This document shows, one piece after another, positions 19,181-27,738 of a stretch of DNA of 33,399 nucleotides. The translations under genes were made by a program, and so were the position numbers. The stretch comes from Stramenopiles sp. TOSAG23-3 (Eukaryota). Under the pieces are notes generated by a model. The model saw nothing but the letters and a program-made list of their open reading frames with translations, searched no databases and was not told the DNA's origin. Within the stretch, counting starts at the first letter, position 1. Each line of letters opens with the position of its first letter. Where the stretch lies: positions 1-33,399 of the forward strand of contig LT642209.1 of the NCBI GenBank assembly GCA_900128585.1, in the 5' to 3' direction.

Positions 19181-19642
19181 ATGGAAGAACAGATACACGA
19201 CACATACATCAAAGCCTTTAAAAACGCACTGGAAGAAGACCTAAACGGTGAAAAGTTTGATTGGGTTTGTAAACTACATCGGGAGATAGTCATTCGAATC
19301 TGTTCTATTATACCACGTCGCAATGATTTACACGATCAAATTGCTGAAAAGATGGACCCCATCGTATTTCGCCAAATGCTCGACAACAACTGCTTCAAAG
19401 GTGAAGATTTTGTCGCCATGGTAGACTATGTATATGGATGGCTATATCGTTTGTGTGCCCCCGTGCGCGACGACGAAATAAAAAAGACACACGAAGAACT
19501 ATACAATAGTCTTTCCACTTTGACCTTTGGCCAGTTGGTCCCGATGTTTGTAATTGGTGTGCATGGACACTTGGATAATATAGTGAAAGATTTAGCGAAC
19601 GAACAAACAAAAGAGATGAAAAAGATTATCCAAAATAAATGA
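19181..19642 (+). CDS. TCP11/SOK1-domain-like protein
   Basis: LCAPVRDDE motif with preceding helical D..QML pattern. Confidence 0.65.
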   Translation: MEEQIHDTYIKAFKNALEEDLNGEKFDWVCKLHREIVIRICSIIPRRNDLHDQIAEKMDPIVFRQMLDNNCFKGEDFVAMVDYVYGWLYRLCAPVRDDEIKKTHEELYNSLSTLTFGQLVPMFVIGVHGHLDNIVKDLANEQTKEMKKIIQNK

Positions 19643-20028
19643 TAAAACACTTTATAATAAAATACTTCTTACAAACAAAAATGCTGTCGGGACACGACTT
19701 TATGAATTTATCCAATACATGCAAGACATTTAGATCCTATAATACATCTAAGTGTTTAAAGTTGTTATGGCAACACGGTAGAGTAAAAAGTCTAAAAACG
19801 GCATTGTACGTGAAAGATAGACTTCGCTTCTTTACTCCAAAAGAAATTTTAAAGGAAGCGCCTGATCGCACAAAAGAATTTGAAATCGTTTCTGCTTTTC
19901 GTCGTTTGCTTTCACGCATAGAAATGATTAAGCTTTCAAAATGTAACTTTTCCAGTTGGTTATTTCTTCGCGAAACATCAGAGTCACCAAAATTAATACT
20001 GGGTAAACGTATGAGGCGCTATACTTGA
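19639..20028 (+). CDS. Hypothetical protein with F-box-like N-terminus
   Basis: LSGHDFMNLSNTCKTFR resembles the F-box L..dl..ls.vCk.fr pattern. Confidence 0.45.
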   Translation: MIKHFIIKYFLQTKMLSGHDFMNLSNTCKTFRSYNTSKCLKLLWQHGRVKSLKTALYVKDRLRFFTPKEILKEAPDRTKEFEIVSAFRRLLSRIEMIKLSKCNFSSWLFLRETSESPKLILGKRMRRYT

Positions 20029-20635
20029 CTTTTCGAAAATGGTTGTTTTTAAAGTATTCGTACCATCGAAAATTTGTAAAATGAAGAATAGACAGACCGG
20101 GAGACAAGGGATTTGTAAACAGCATTACCATACTAAACCATGCCATGCTATCGTACCAAAAAGCACACATGCACACTGACAGTGCAGCTAAAATATCTAC
20201 ATTTTTAAATTGAATATCTTCCACACCAGTGTACACACCGAGTAAAATATGTACTATTATTCGTGAGACTATGCTAATCCCGTCTGTTTTCATCATTCTT
20301 CCCAAATTCATAAGTACACCACCTACACGTCCTCGCCATGTCAACGCATACATGATGAACCCCCACAATACACCACCAGTCAATATGTAGAAACGTTTCT
20401 TACGAAAGCCACAAATGGTAGTTACCCACCACGGCAAGAAAGAAAAGTGGTACAATTCTTCCGCAATGTAAAACCCAATGTACATGAACAATAAACCTAT
20501 ACTAGACCCGATGTCCTTTCTTTTATAAGGTTTACCAAAACGAACAAGCGGTATCAACACTATAGCCCCTATGAAATGCATCCATGCCGACGGATTTGTG
20601 AAATATATGAATATAAAATGAAATGCGAACCACAT
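19928..20635 (-). CDS. Multi-pass membrane protein
   Basis: 235-aa hydrophobic ORF, TAAATG start. Confidence 0.7.
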   Translation of the reverse strand: MWFAFHFIFIYFTNPSAWMHFIGAIVLIPLVRFGKPYKRKDIGSSIGLLFMYIGFYIAEELYHFSFLPWWVTTICGFRKKRFYILTGGVLWGFIMYALTWRGRVGGVLMNLGRMMKTDGISIVSRIIVHILLGVYTGVEDIQFKNVDILAALSVCMCAFWYDSMAWFSMVMLFTNPLSPGLSILHFTNFRWYEYFKNNHFRKVKYSASYVYPVLILVTLMFREEITNWKSYILKA

Positions 20636-20668
20636 TTACCAGTATTTAAACAATATAAATACGAGTAA

Positions 20669-21091
20669 ATGACACTGACACTGGTCTCGCCGAATGGATT
20701 TCGTTATTTTAGTGTAATGATAATGATATCCATACTTATCATAGCATTCGTCAATTCGGTAAGTAAACTACTTCCTGAAGATACCGATTTATTACGTTTT
20801 TTTGTAATAAATTTGGCAGGTTTTATTTTGTTCTGGTACAGTATACATAAAGGAAAATACATAAAAAATCCCAAATGGGTATGGTATAATAATAGCTTTA
20901 TTTGCAGTGGTATCACACTAATTTTGTATGCAAATGTAGTATTGGCCGATGCAATGCACACTTACGTGCTTCCCATCTTCTACTTGATTGAAATAGCTAT
21001 AGTTATTTACATAGGTGGAAGATTACGTCAAGAAAGCGATTACCAAATTTTTCAAGAAATGACAGATTTAAGTGGTACACAAGGTGCATAA
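20669..21091 (+). CDS. Four-TM membrane protein
   Basis: Four hydrophobic helices, TAAATG start. Confidence 0.7.
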   Translation: MTLTLVSPNGFRYFSVMIMISILIIAFVNSVSKLLPEDTDLLRFFVINLAGFILFWYSIHKGKYIKNPKWVWYNNSFICSGITLILYANVVLADAMHTYVLPIFYLIEIAIVIYIGGRLRQESDYQIFQEMTDLSGTQGA

Positions 21092-21273
21092 GAAGGATGG
21101 AACCAAGTATGGTCGTTGACACGCTTCAAGGGACACTGTGCATGTATTAGACGAAGACACTCTCTGCATTTGTATTCACTTCCGTCCCTATACCTAATTT
21201 TGTTGGACGTGTGTTTCCCGCATACCTCGCACGGCTCAATCCATGGTTTAATTTTTGAGATTTTAGTTCCCAT
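21052..21273 (-). CDS. Small zinc-ribbon protein, candidate N-myristoylated (MGTKIS)
   Basis: CEVC...CREC; GTATATAT 28 nt upstream of ATG 21273. Confidence 0.55.
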   Translation of the reverse strand: MGTKISKIKPWIEPCEVCGKHTSNKIRYRDGSEYKCRECLRLIHAQCPLKRVNDHTWFHPSYAPCVPLKSVIS

Positions 21274-21336
21274 TGCAACATTGTTCGAAGGTATATATAC
21301 CATTTTTGATCTATAAAATGGAAAAAAACACCGAAC

Positions 21337-21819
21337 CTAATCCACGTCTGATCTTTTGGGAGGAGTTTGCTCTTTCTCTTGAAGAGTATTTTCAAGCTTA
21401 TGATCGTTGGCTTCAGGATCCAAACACTCCTGTGGCAAATCAGATTTGATTTTCAAATCGTCTAACTTTGAGGTCAAGTCTTCATCGCAAAACTTTGCAA
21501 AATCACCCTTTACTTCCATGCAATACTGTAGAATGTTGTCCCAATGTTTTTCCAAATTGGAAAGGTCTTTTGGTTTTATTCGACAAGTTAAAATCGTACC
21601 AGATTTGGGCTGATAACCGAATTCGCACTCGTGCTGTTCCAAAATCCACATGGTATTTTCATCAACAAGAACATTTTCATCTGCTTTGAGAACTTTCCAT
21701 CCTTCTGGCGCGATCAAAGCTGGATGCTGGTAGAATACAGAGAAAACTTTTAACGTATGATCGTCTGCGGTGGATACACGCACTCTCGTACATTTATTTT
21801 GAAGTAAATACTCGTTCAT
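21337..21819 (-). CDS. Hypothetical protein
   Basis: 160-aa ORF; GTATATAAG 27 nt upstream. Confidence 0.72.
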   Translation of the reverse strand: MNEYLLQNKCTRVRVSTADDHTLKVFSVFYQHPALIAPEGWKVLKADENVLVDENTMWILEQHECEFGYQPKSGTILTCRIKPKDLSNLEKHWDNILQYCMEVKGDFAKFCDEDLTSKLDDLKIKSDLPQECLDPEANDHKLENTLQEKEQTPPKRSDVD

Positions 21820-21845
21820 TTGTTATAAAAATAGATACTTATATA

Positions 21846-22382
21846 CTAAATTAATACATTGCATGTCGCTGGCACATTGTCCTCTAAGTCAACGAGATGT
21901 CCGTCCGTGTTTTTCACCTGTACTGGAACTACCATTGTTCTAGAATACATCTTGCTAATATCCAATGCCACATCGCCATTTCTTGTGTATGCGATCCCGA
22001 CATTTTGGGAGAAAAATATGTCCAACTCGCAACCTTGGCATTCAGGGGGGATCACAAGTGAACCGTCGGATCCGTTTACATGTGCTATACAGGTTGAAAA
22101 TTCCAAAGCACCCTTACAGCTGATGTCACACTGTACAGTAGTTTTAGGAGACAGAGAAATGTCCACCATTCGCATGGTTTTGCCATGGGTCCAATTTTTG
22201 ACACTATCTACCACCCACGATACCAAGGTGTGATGGGGCAACTGTTGGGACGATTCCTTTATAAGAGCGGAAGAGTGTTGAATACGGAAGGACGATTGTT
22301 GGTCGGCAGAAATACAGACATGAAGAAGTTTGGTAGAATTGTTTGTTAGATTAAAATGTGTAGAGTTTGTCAATACACTCAT
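21846..22382 (-). CDS. Hypothetical Cys-containing, beta-rich protein
   Basis: 178-aa ORF tightly packed between neighbours. Confidence 0.65.
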   Translation of the reverse strand: MSVLTNSTHFNLTNNSTKLLHVCISADQQSSFRIQHSSALIKESSQQLPHHTLVSWVVDSVKNWTHGKTMRMVDISLSPKTTVQCDISCKGALEFSTCIAHVNGSDGSLVIPPECQGCELDIFFSQNVGIAYTRNGDVALDISKMYSRTMVVPVQVKNTDGHLVDLEDNVPATCNVLI

Positions 22383-22404
22383 TCAGTAATTAATTATTGA
22401 ATAT

Positions 22405-22719
22405 TTATACTGTTTTTTGAAGATCGCGCGCCAGCTGCATATCTTTCACTTGGACCGTCTCACGACCCGAATGAATCGCTGCCTTGTTCGCGTCTTGAAA
22501 TACCTCCACGAGATATGACTCCGCGCCGATATGCAATGCATCGTAGGCTTCTCCTTTAAATCTTACATCGGTTTTAAATTGCTGTGAAATGCTCTGTGTT
22601 AGCCGATTAAACGGTGCCACTGGTATAATTTTAGAGGTATTGGATTGTTCCCTTCTAATTTCACGGATGGCGTTGGTCGCTGCTTTACGTTTACGTTGTT
22701 TTTTCTGCTGGGTATTCAT
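22405..22719 (-). CDS. Histone H3-like protein lacking most of the N-terminal tail
   Basis: AIREIRREQ..T..IIP.APF.RL...I.Q.FKTDVRF...A..AL...AESYLV.VF.DAN.AAIH..R.TV..KDMQLAR. Confidence 0.93.
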   Translation of the reverse strand: MNTQQKKQRKRKAATNAIREIRREQSNTSKIIPVAPFNRLTQSISQQFKTDVRFKGEAYDALHIGAESYLVEVFQDANKAAIHSGRETVQVKDMQLARDLQKTV

Positions 22720-22754
22720 TTACAGAAAAAACAATATCTTATATACTCTTTTTT

Positions 22755-23378
22755 TTATTTTGCACCGGATTTTAACGGTGGATGATCGTAATCCACGGAT
22801 CTACCTTCTGCAAACTGCATGTTGTCGTCTTTAAGCTTGTATTTGTGGCTAAGATTGTCCACGTAAGCTTTTAATTTCTCTTCTTTTTTGTTTTTTGGTT
22901 CCCATGTATTGAAACTGGTTACCAATTCGTGCGTCTCTTGAACGAATGGGATAGAGGGCGAAGCAGGTCGAAATGGCTCACCTTCCTCGTCTGGTACGAT
23001 GAAATCGCTCATATCCTCTTCCTCTTGATCCATAGGAACTTCATCAAACTCACCAGTAGGAAGTGACACTTCGTCTGGAACGCTGTCGTTCAACGAAAGA
23101 AATGTATTCTCCGTCAATGGACGAAACCCAAGTTGTCGGAAGCACTCGACTGCTTTTTCTTTGATCAATGGAATATGTTCCATAACACAATTCCGATGAC
23201 ATGTGTTCCACTCGTCGTCATACTTCCAAACCCAACGATTGTCTTTGCATCGATTGATATAAAATACTTCCAAGAGACCTTCTTCGTCTATACCAACCAT
23301 TTCTTCGTCTATACCAACCATTTCAGCGTACCAGACGCCAGATTCTCCGTTTATTTTTAGCAAATCGCCTTCCTTCAT
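22755..23378 (-). CDS. Hypothetical acidic protein
   Basis: Likely ATG 23378 (MKEGDL); acidic MSDFIVPDEE motif; contains an in-frame 21-bp duplication. Confidence 0.72.
   Translation of the reverse strand: MKEGDLLKINGESGVWYAEMVGIDEEMVGIDEEGLLEVFYINRCKDNRWVWKYDDEWNTCHRNCVMEHIPLIKEKAVECFRQLGFRPLTENTFLSLNDSVPDEVSLPTGEFDEVPMDQEEEDMSDFIVPDEEGEPFRPASPSIPFVQETHELVTSFNTWEPKNKKEEKLKAYVDNLSHKYKLKDDNMQFAEGRSVDYDHPPLKSGAK
23280..23324. repeat. Perfect 21-bp tandem duplication (EMVGIDE x2)
   Basis: TTCTTCGTCTATACCAACCAT at 23280 and 23301. Confidence 0.9.
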
Positions 23379-23425
23379 GTTTAAAAACAAAAACACATAT
23401 ATATATACCCGGAAAAATAAATAAA

Positions 23426-23560
23426 ATGGAGAACATGACAGAATTATACAATTGGTTAACGGTATGGGACCGTAGCGTAAACAACAAGAAACGCCCGGAG
23501 CCACCGACGAAAGACCCCCCATGTGAGAGACCTAGGAGAAAAGTTAAAGTAAAAAAATAA
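23426..23560 (+). CDS. 44-aa basic micro-ORF (not in track)
   Basis: MENMTELYNWLTVWDRSVNNKKRPEPPTKDPPCERPRRKVKVKK*; AAAATG start with TATATATA upstream; fills the gap. Confidence 0.5.
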   Translation: MENMTELYNWLTVWDRSVNNKKRPEPPTKDPPCERPRRKVKVKK

Positions 23561-23589
23561 TAGTATATAACATTACATTATGTTTACAA

Positions 23590-24483
23590 ATGGATTTTAG
23601 ACCGGTAGACACCGTTAATACTATTACAACCCGTAATATTATTAGGGTGAGTGCCATGGTCAACCTGTTTATGGTTGTGTTGTATTTGTCCATAGAACCG
23701 TATGTCTCTGGCGCTCATATGTCGTGGTTACACCAAATTCATGTTATTATACAACCAATCATTCTCTTTATTTCCATTTCAGAAAGTACGACATTGACAA
23801 TACTTGCCATTCTAATGTGCTTAACCGCTGCATTCTTTGATGCTTCGGTCACGTGGATCTCCTACATTTCTATAACACGGTGTTTGAACGAACTAACCGC
23901 TTCATGCGTGCAACTCATATGGGAAAAGGGCGTCTGGGTGGCCATAGGCGCCATTGTTCTTCTTATGGACATATCGCTAACACTCCGTTTATGGTCACTG
24001 TACTCGGTTCTTACGAAAAAAGATTCTTACGAAGAAGCCAACAAAGAAAAGTACGAGTCATTGAGCATAAAACCGGCACCGTTGCTTGTCCATTTGCGAG
24101 TTAACTCGTCCAAAATGCGCATCATTCATCTTTTTCTCCTTCCATTTGGGTTTATATTTGTTTTTCTCATGCTGGACAATGCATTCAGTGACCCTCTGCA
24201 CTTTATTTCTTTCGGTCATCTGCTTTTGGATATTTATGGAACTAGTGTCAGCAAAATTCATGATAAAATATCGCTTATTATTTTATTGGTTGGAACTGTT
24301 TTATTTGGAGGTGCAAATATATTCGGATTTATTTACCGTATGGCTACCGAACTAAGTACAGTTTCGGAAGAATTGGTATATCTCATATCGGTTCTTTACA
24401 TTTTTGCAGATATTTTGATTGCATATTTTGCAGCAGAAAATTTGAAATTAATTGACACGTACGATAAATTGAAAGTTAATTAA
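23590..24483 (+). CDS. Multi-pass membrane protein (about 8 TM)
   Basis: Two blocks of about four hydrophobic helices; GTATATAAC 27 nt upstream. Confidence 0.78.
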   Translation: MDFRPVDTVNTITTRNIIRVSAMVNLFMVVLYLSIEPYVSGAHMSWLHQIHVIIQPIILFISISESTTLTILAILMCLTAAFFDASVTWISYISITRCLNELTASCVQLIWEKGVWVAIGAIVLLMDISLTLRLWSLYSVLTKKDSYEEANKEKYESLSIKPAPLLVHLRVNSSKMRIIHLFLLPFGFIFVFLMLDNAFSDPLHFISFGHLLLDIYGTSVSKIHDKISLIILLVGTVLFGGANIFGFIYRMATELSTVSEELVYLISVLYIFADILIAYFAAENLKLIDTYDKLKVN

Positions 24484-24764
24484 ATACGCCACCAGCTAAC
24501 TAAAGTAACCCATAATAAAAGGCATACAATCATAACGACTAAAATACTCATTGGTTTATAACGAGATACCATCTGTGATTTTAACTTTCTCACCTGTGCA
24601 GTATTTTTCATTATCTCATCGTTAATATCCGACAACTGGTCTTTCAGACGGGTTTCCATTGCGTCTCCATTCTCTAGTATCTCTTGCAGAGTATTCTCAA
24701 CGCTAGACAGACGGTTTTCTATGTTGCGCAAACTCGTTTGTTGTACCTTTTCTACCCGTGCCAT
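24480..24764 (-). CDS. SNARE-like (synaptobrevin-type) coiled-coil tail-anchored protein
   Basis: About 60-aa coiled coil (TLQEILENGDAMETRL...QVRKLKSQM) directly before a C-terminal TM. Confidence 0.5.
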   Translation of the reverse strand: MARVEKVQQTSLRNIENRLSSVENTLQEILENGDAMETRLKDQLSDINDEIMKNTAQVRKLKSQMVSRYKPMSILVVMIVCLLLWVTLVSWWRI

Positions 24765-24785
24765 ATAGTACAACATCTACAAGCT

Positions 24786-25481
24786 TTATACCACAGTTTT
24801 CAAGATTGACTGTATTTGTGTACCAAACTGAGCTTGGTTTTGAATAAAAGCTATCTCGGTCTCGTTCAATCGAAACTTTGTGCCTTCATACTGTTTTCTT
24901 AAGTAATCCTTCAACTCGGCTACATTATTTGCACCATATACTTTCGGTAATTTCTTAGCAAGTACACCGCCTGCCATAGTGTCTTGTTCTAAAATATCGT
25001 CCAGTAAGGCCAATTCTAGGCGAATCAAATTGTCCAATTTGTCCGGCCAAAAGCAAAACATCATCCACCTTGACTTTTCGAACAATGGAACCAACCGACT
25101 GTCAATTCGATGGGGTTTCTTCATCAAACGTGCTCTCCATACCAAATCTTGCTGTATGTCACGCACAGTCCATCGTACGCGCTGGTAAGGACCCCACAAC
25201 GTGTACTTCACAGTAATAGTAGACTCTACCGTAAACTCGTCCAACGCAAAAGTACCACATCGATCGCATATTCCCATTGCGTACATGTTCCCATCGCGCT
25301 TGTACAGTAATCCTATTGGCAACTTACCTTTATCGTCCACTACCACACAGTCCTCGTCTGTTATTTGCATGCATGACGTGATAGACTTACCATACAAGGA
25401 CTTAAAACGTTTTCGAATATTGGACACCGTGCATATAAACGGACGAATCTCCTTGTCCAGTGATTTTCGGAAAGAAGGCAT
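24786..25481 (-). CDS. Hypothetical protein
   Basis: Likely ATG 25481 (MPSFRK); track extension upstream overlaps the kinase. Confidence 0.65.
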   Translation of the reverse strand: MPSFRKSLDKEIRPFICTVSNIRKRFKSLYGKSITSCMQITDEDCVVVDDKGKLPIGLLYKRDGNMYAMGICDRCGTFALDEFTVESTITVKYTLWGPYQRVRWTVRDIQQDLVWRARLMKKPHRIDSRLVPLFEKSRWMMFCFWPDKLDNLIRLELALLDDILEQDTMAGGVLAKKLPKVYGANNVAELKDYLRKQYEGTKFRLNETEIAFIQNQAQFGTQIQSILKTVV

Positions 25482-25514
25482 CTTTAGTATATATAATCTA
25501 ATAAATACTAAGAA

Positions 25515-26462
25515 ATGGATCTTGAAGATTATGCAAAAGTTATTAGACGATCTATCGATCCTTATCGAAATGAATATGGGTGTAGAAACACGCTTCGAGT
25601 TTTTGTAAGTAGGTTGATGCGTAAAAAAACTTACCCCCCGTGGATGCAACCCTTGAATTTCCCGGCAAAGAAATGCTTCGCTGGACGGTACAAACAAGTA
25701 TATGTGTACGACAATTACGCAATAGCTATTAGCAGGGAAACAATGGATGTAGGTTCTTTGAAATCGAAATTTGAAAAAATCAACGAGAAGATACCTAATT
25801 CCTTAAACTACCCGGAAGAAACCTTCAAAATAGGTGGATACCACGTGGCAAAATTAAGGAAATGTTCGGATACTTTAGTAGATGTTCTTATTTCTGGTCG
25901 GCAGGGTTGGGAATCCCAGATGGTACAGTTGGGAGGTGCTTTGCGGAAACTTCACAATAATAATATAGTATTATCCGATATTAAAACGGACAATATTTTA
26001 GTTTGTGGTAATACACTATCGTTTGGTGATATTGACGACGCCTATGATCTAACAAAGAGCATAACGTACAACAGATTTACACCCCCTTACAATCTAAAAC
26101 TATACTGGGACGAGTACCGTACAGGACCAAGTTCAAATCCGTTGGAAGTTAAACATATGCAATTTCTGGACTGGTATGCGTTTGGTTACTGTGTGCTATT
26201 GTCATGTAAAACCGATGGTTATAGTGGGGTAATATTAAACAGCGCAATTGACTGCATAAATGCTAACATACCCTTTCGAATGCGTTTAGACGAGACAAAA
26301 TACAAAAAAGCAAACATACACCCTGTTGTACGCACATGTTGCGACTGGATGCTACTGTCAAGTGGACGATACATTAGTCCAACACCAATGGCAAAATTCT
26401 TTAAACAGAAGAAAAAGCGAGCTGTTACGGTATTCAGTTACAAATGGAACTTAAAATATTAA
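25515..26462 (+). CDS. Divergent Ser/Thr protein kinase-like protein
   Basis: FAGRYKQVY (Gly-loop-like), LH...IVLSDIKTDNIL, FGDID, DWYAFG. Confidence 0.8.
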   Translation: MDLEDYAKVIRRSIDPYRNEYGCRNTLRVFVSRLMRKKTYPPWMQPLNFPAKKCFAGRYKQVYVYDNYAIAISRETMDVGSLKSKFEKINEKIPNSLNYPEETFKIGGYHVAKLRKCSDTLVDVLISGRQGWESQMVQLGGALRKLHNNNIVLSDIKTDNILVCGNTLSFGDIDDAYDLTKSITYNRFTPPYNLKLYWDEYRTGPSSNPLEVKHMQFLDWYAFGYCVLLSCKTDGYSGVILNSAIDCINANIPFRMRLDETKYKKANIHPVVRTCCDWMLLSSGRYISPTPMAKFFKQKKKRAVTVFSYKWNLKY

Positions 26463-26499
26463 ATTATGCAGTATATAAATGATTTATATTTAAATAAAA

Positions 26500-27131
26500 A
26501 TGCAAATATTGTAAGTTCGTTTTCCGTTCACTCTCTCCATACAGTACACGACTAACATTTTTACAGCGTCAAAACATTAACTGGGAGTAAGTATACATCA
26601 CAGAAGTCTAATAAACACACATTTCATACTAACAATATATTTAGAAACTATAACACTCGATGTCGAACCGACGGACACGGTAGAAAACATTAAAAACAAA
26701 ATCCAAGACAAAGAAGGTAAGTAAATTGTCATAATTCATACTTAATGAAATTTAGTCTAACAAATTTGATAGGTATTCCTCCTGACCAACAAGTAAGTTT
26801 TTGATACATATTTTCCATTATTAAATACACACTAACACCTATATAGCGTCTCATCTTTGCTGGAAAAGTAAGTAAAATCCGTTAAAATTATCTCGTATAC
26901 ACATTACTAACATGTTAAACAGCAACTGGAAGACGGGCGAACCTTGAGCGACTACAACAGTACGTATTTCCGCACAACAACCTATTATATTACTTTAAAT
27001 TACTAACACTTTAACAGTCCAAAAAGAGGCGACATTAGTAAGTACACATCGATGACTCAGATTACGAAATATTCATACTAACAAACCTACAGCATCTCGT
27101 ACTCAGACTTCGCGGCGGTGGTTTTATTTGA
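26500..27131 (+). CDS. ubi: Ubiquitin, 8 exons / 7 spliceosomal introns (not in track)
   Basis: join(26500-26510,26567-26586,26645-26716,26773-26792,26847-26867,26923-26959,27018-27037,27093-27131) gives [79 protein letters not shown]. Confidence 0.97.
26511..26566 (+). other. Ubiquitin intron 1 (56 nt, phase 2)
   Basis: GTAAGT...ACTAAC...CAG. Confidence 0.95.
26587..26644 (+). other. Ubiquitin intron 2 (58 nt, phase 1)
   Basis: GTAAGT...TACTAAC...TAG. Confidence 0.95.
26717..26772 (+). other. Ubiquitin intron 3 (56 nt, phase 1)
   Basis: GTAAGT...TCTAAC...TAG. Confidence 0.95.
26793..26846 (+). other. Ubiquitin intron 4 (54 nt, phase 0)
   Basis: GTAAGT...ACTAAC...TAG. Confidence 0.95.
26868..26922 (+). 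other. Ubiquitin intron 5 (55 nt, phase 0)
   Basis: GTAAGT...TACTAAC...CAG. Confidence 0.95.
26960..27017 (+). other. Ubiquitin intron 6 (58 nt, phase 1)
   Basis: GTACGT...TACTAAC...CAG. Confidence 0.95.
27038..27092 (+). other. Ubiquitin intron 7 (55 nt, phase 0)
   Basis: GTAAGT...TACTAAC...CAG. Confidence 0.95.
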
Positions 27132-27659
27132 TTTTCGAATATTATCTATTCTCCACATAGGTTGCAGATTCGAATAATGAAAACATTTTAATTGATCTTC
27201 TGGTTTCGCCATATCAAAACTGGAACATGGGATCACATGATCTATGTCCCATAAGCGTATATTATCCCATGACATACCATTAATAAATTTACTTTCTAAA
27301 TGTTTGCACAATTCTTCTATTGTACAACCTGTATATTTCAACGTAGATGTACATTTTTTCCCACCATAAGTTGTCACTGCTTCCCTTGTTCTATTTCTCA
27401 ATCTAGTTAAAATTCGAAATCTCGTATCAGTTTTGTAACGACGATTCATGTAGTTACGTTTATACTCTTTCCATTTCGGAGTTTTACGATACACCGTACT
27501 TCTTTTGTTCCACGCAATTTTATGGGTTGTATAATTTTTCTTATTTTGCTTTTTCATGCATGGCTTACACTGTGTTTGTTTTCCATCTGGTTTCCGTTTG
27601 TTATTATAAAACTCGCTATAATCCATACTTAAATTACACCCTCCGCACAATTTTTTCAT
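27087..27659 (-). CDS. HNH (homing-type) endonuclease, antisense to and overlapping ubiquitin exon 8
   Basis: CGGC...[52 protein letters not shown]; same family as 4044-4715; TAAATG start with TATA-rich upstream. Confidence 0.9.
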   Translation of the reverse strand: MKKLCGGCNLSMDYSEFYNNKRKPDGKQTQCKPCMKKQNKKNYTTHKIAWNKRSTVYRKTPKWKEYKRNYMNRRYKTDTRFRILTRLRNRTREAVTTYGGKKCTSTLKYTGCTIEELCKHLESKFINGMSWDNIRLWDIDHVIPCSSFDMAKPEDQLKCFHYSNLQPMWRIDNIRKSNKTTAAKSEYEML

Positions 27660-27738
27660 TTACAACATAAATTATTACCTTTATAGTATAAAAAATAAAG
27701 AGGCCACGTTGCACCTCGTACTCAGACTTCGCGGCGGT
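27096..27738 (+). repeat. 24-bp perfect direct repeat flanking the HNH gene
   Basis: CTCGTACTCAGACTTCGCGGCGGT at 27096-27119 and 27715-27738. Confidence 0.95.

Noticed and set aside
20759-20819. Possible intron (GTAAGT...CAG) in the four-TM gene
   Set aside because: No CTAAC; 61-nt removal would frameshift an ORF that is already open.
27661-27668. TACAACAT matching ubiquitin codons Y59-N60-I61 just upstream of the duplicate
   Set aside because: Only 8 bp in AT-rich DNA and it lies in the HNH promoter; cannot be told from chance.
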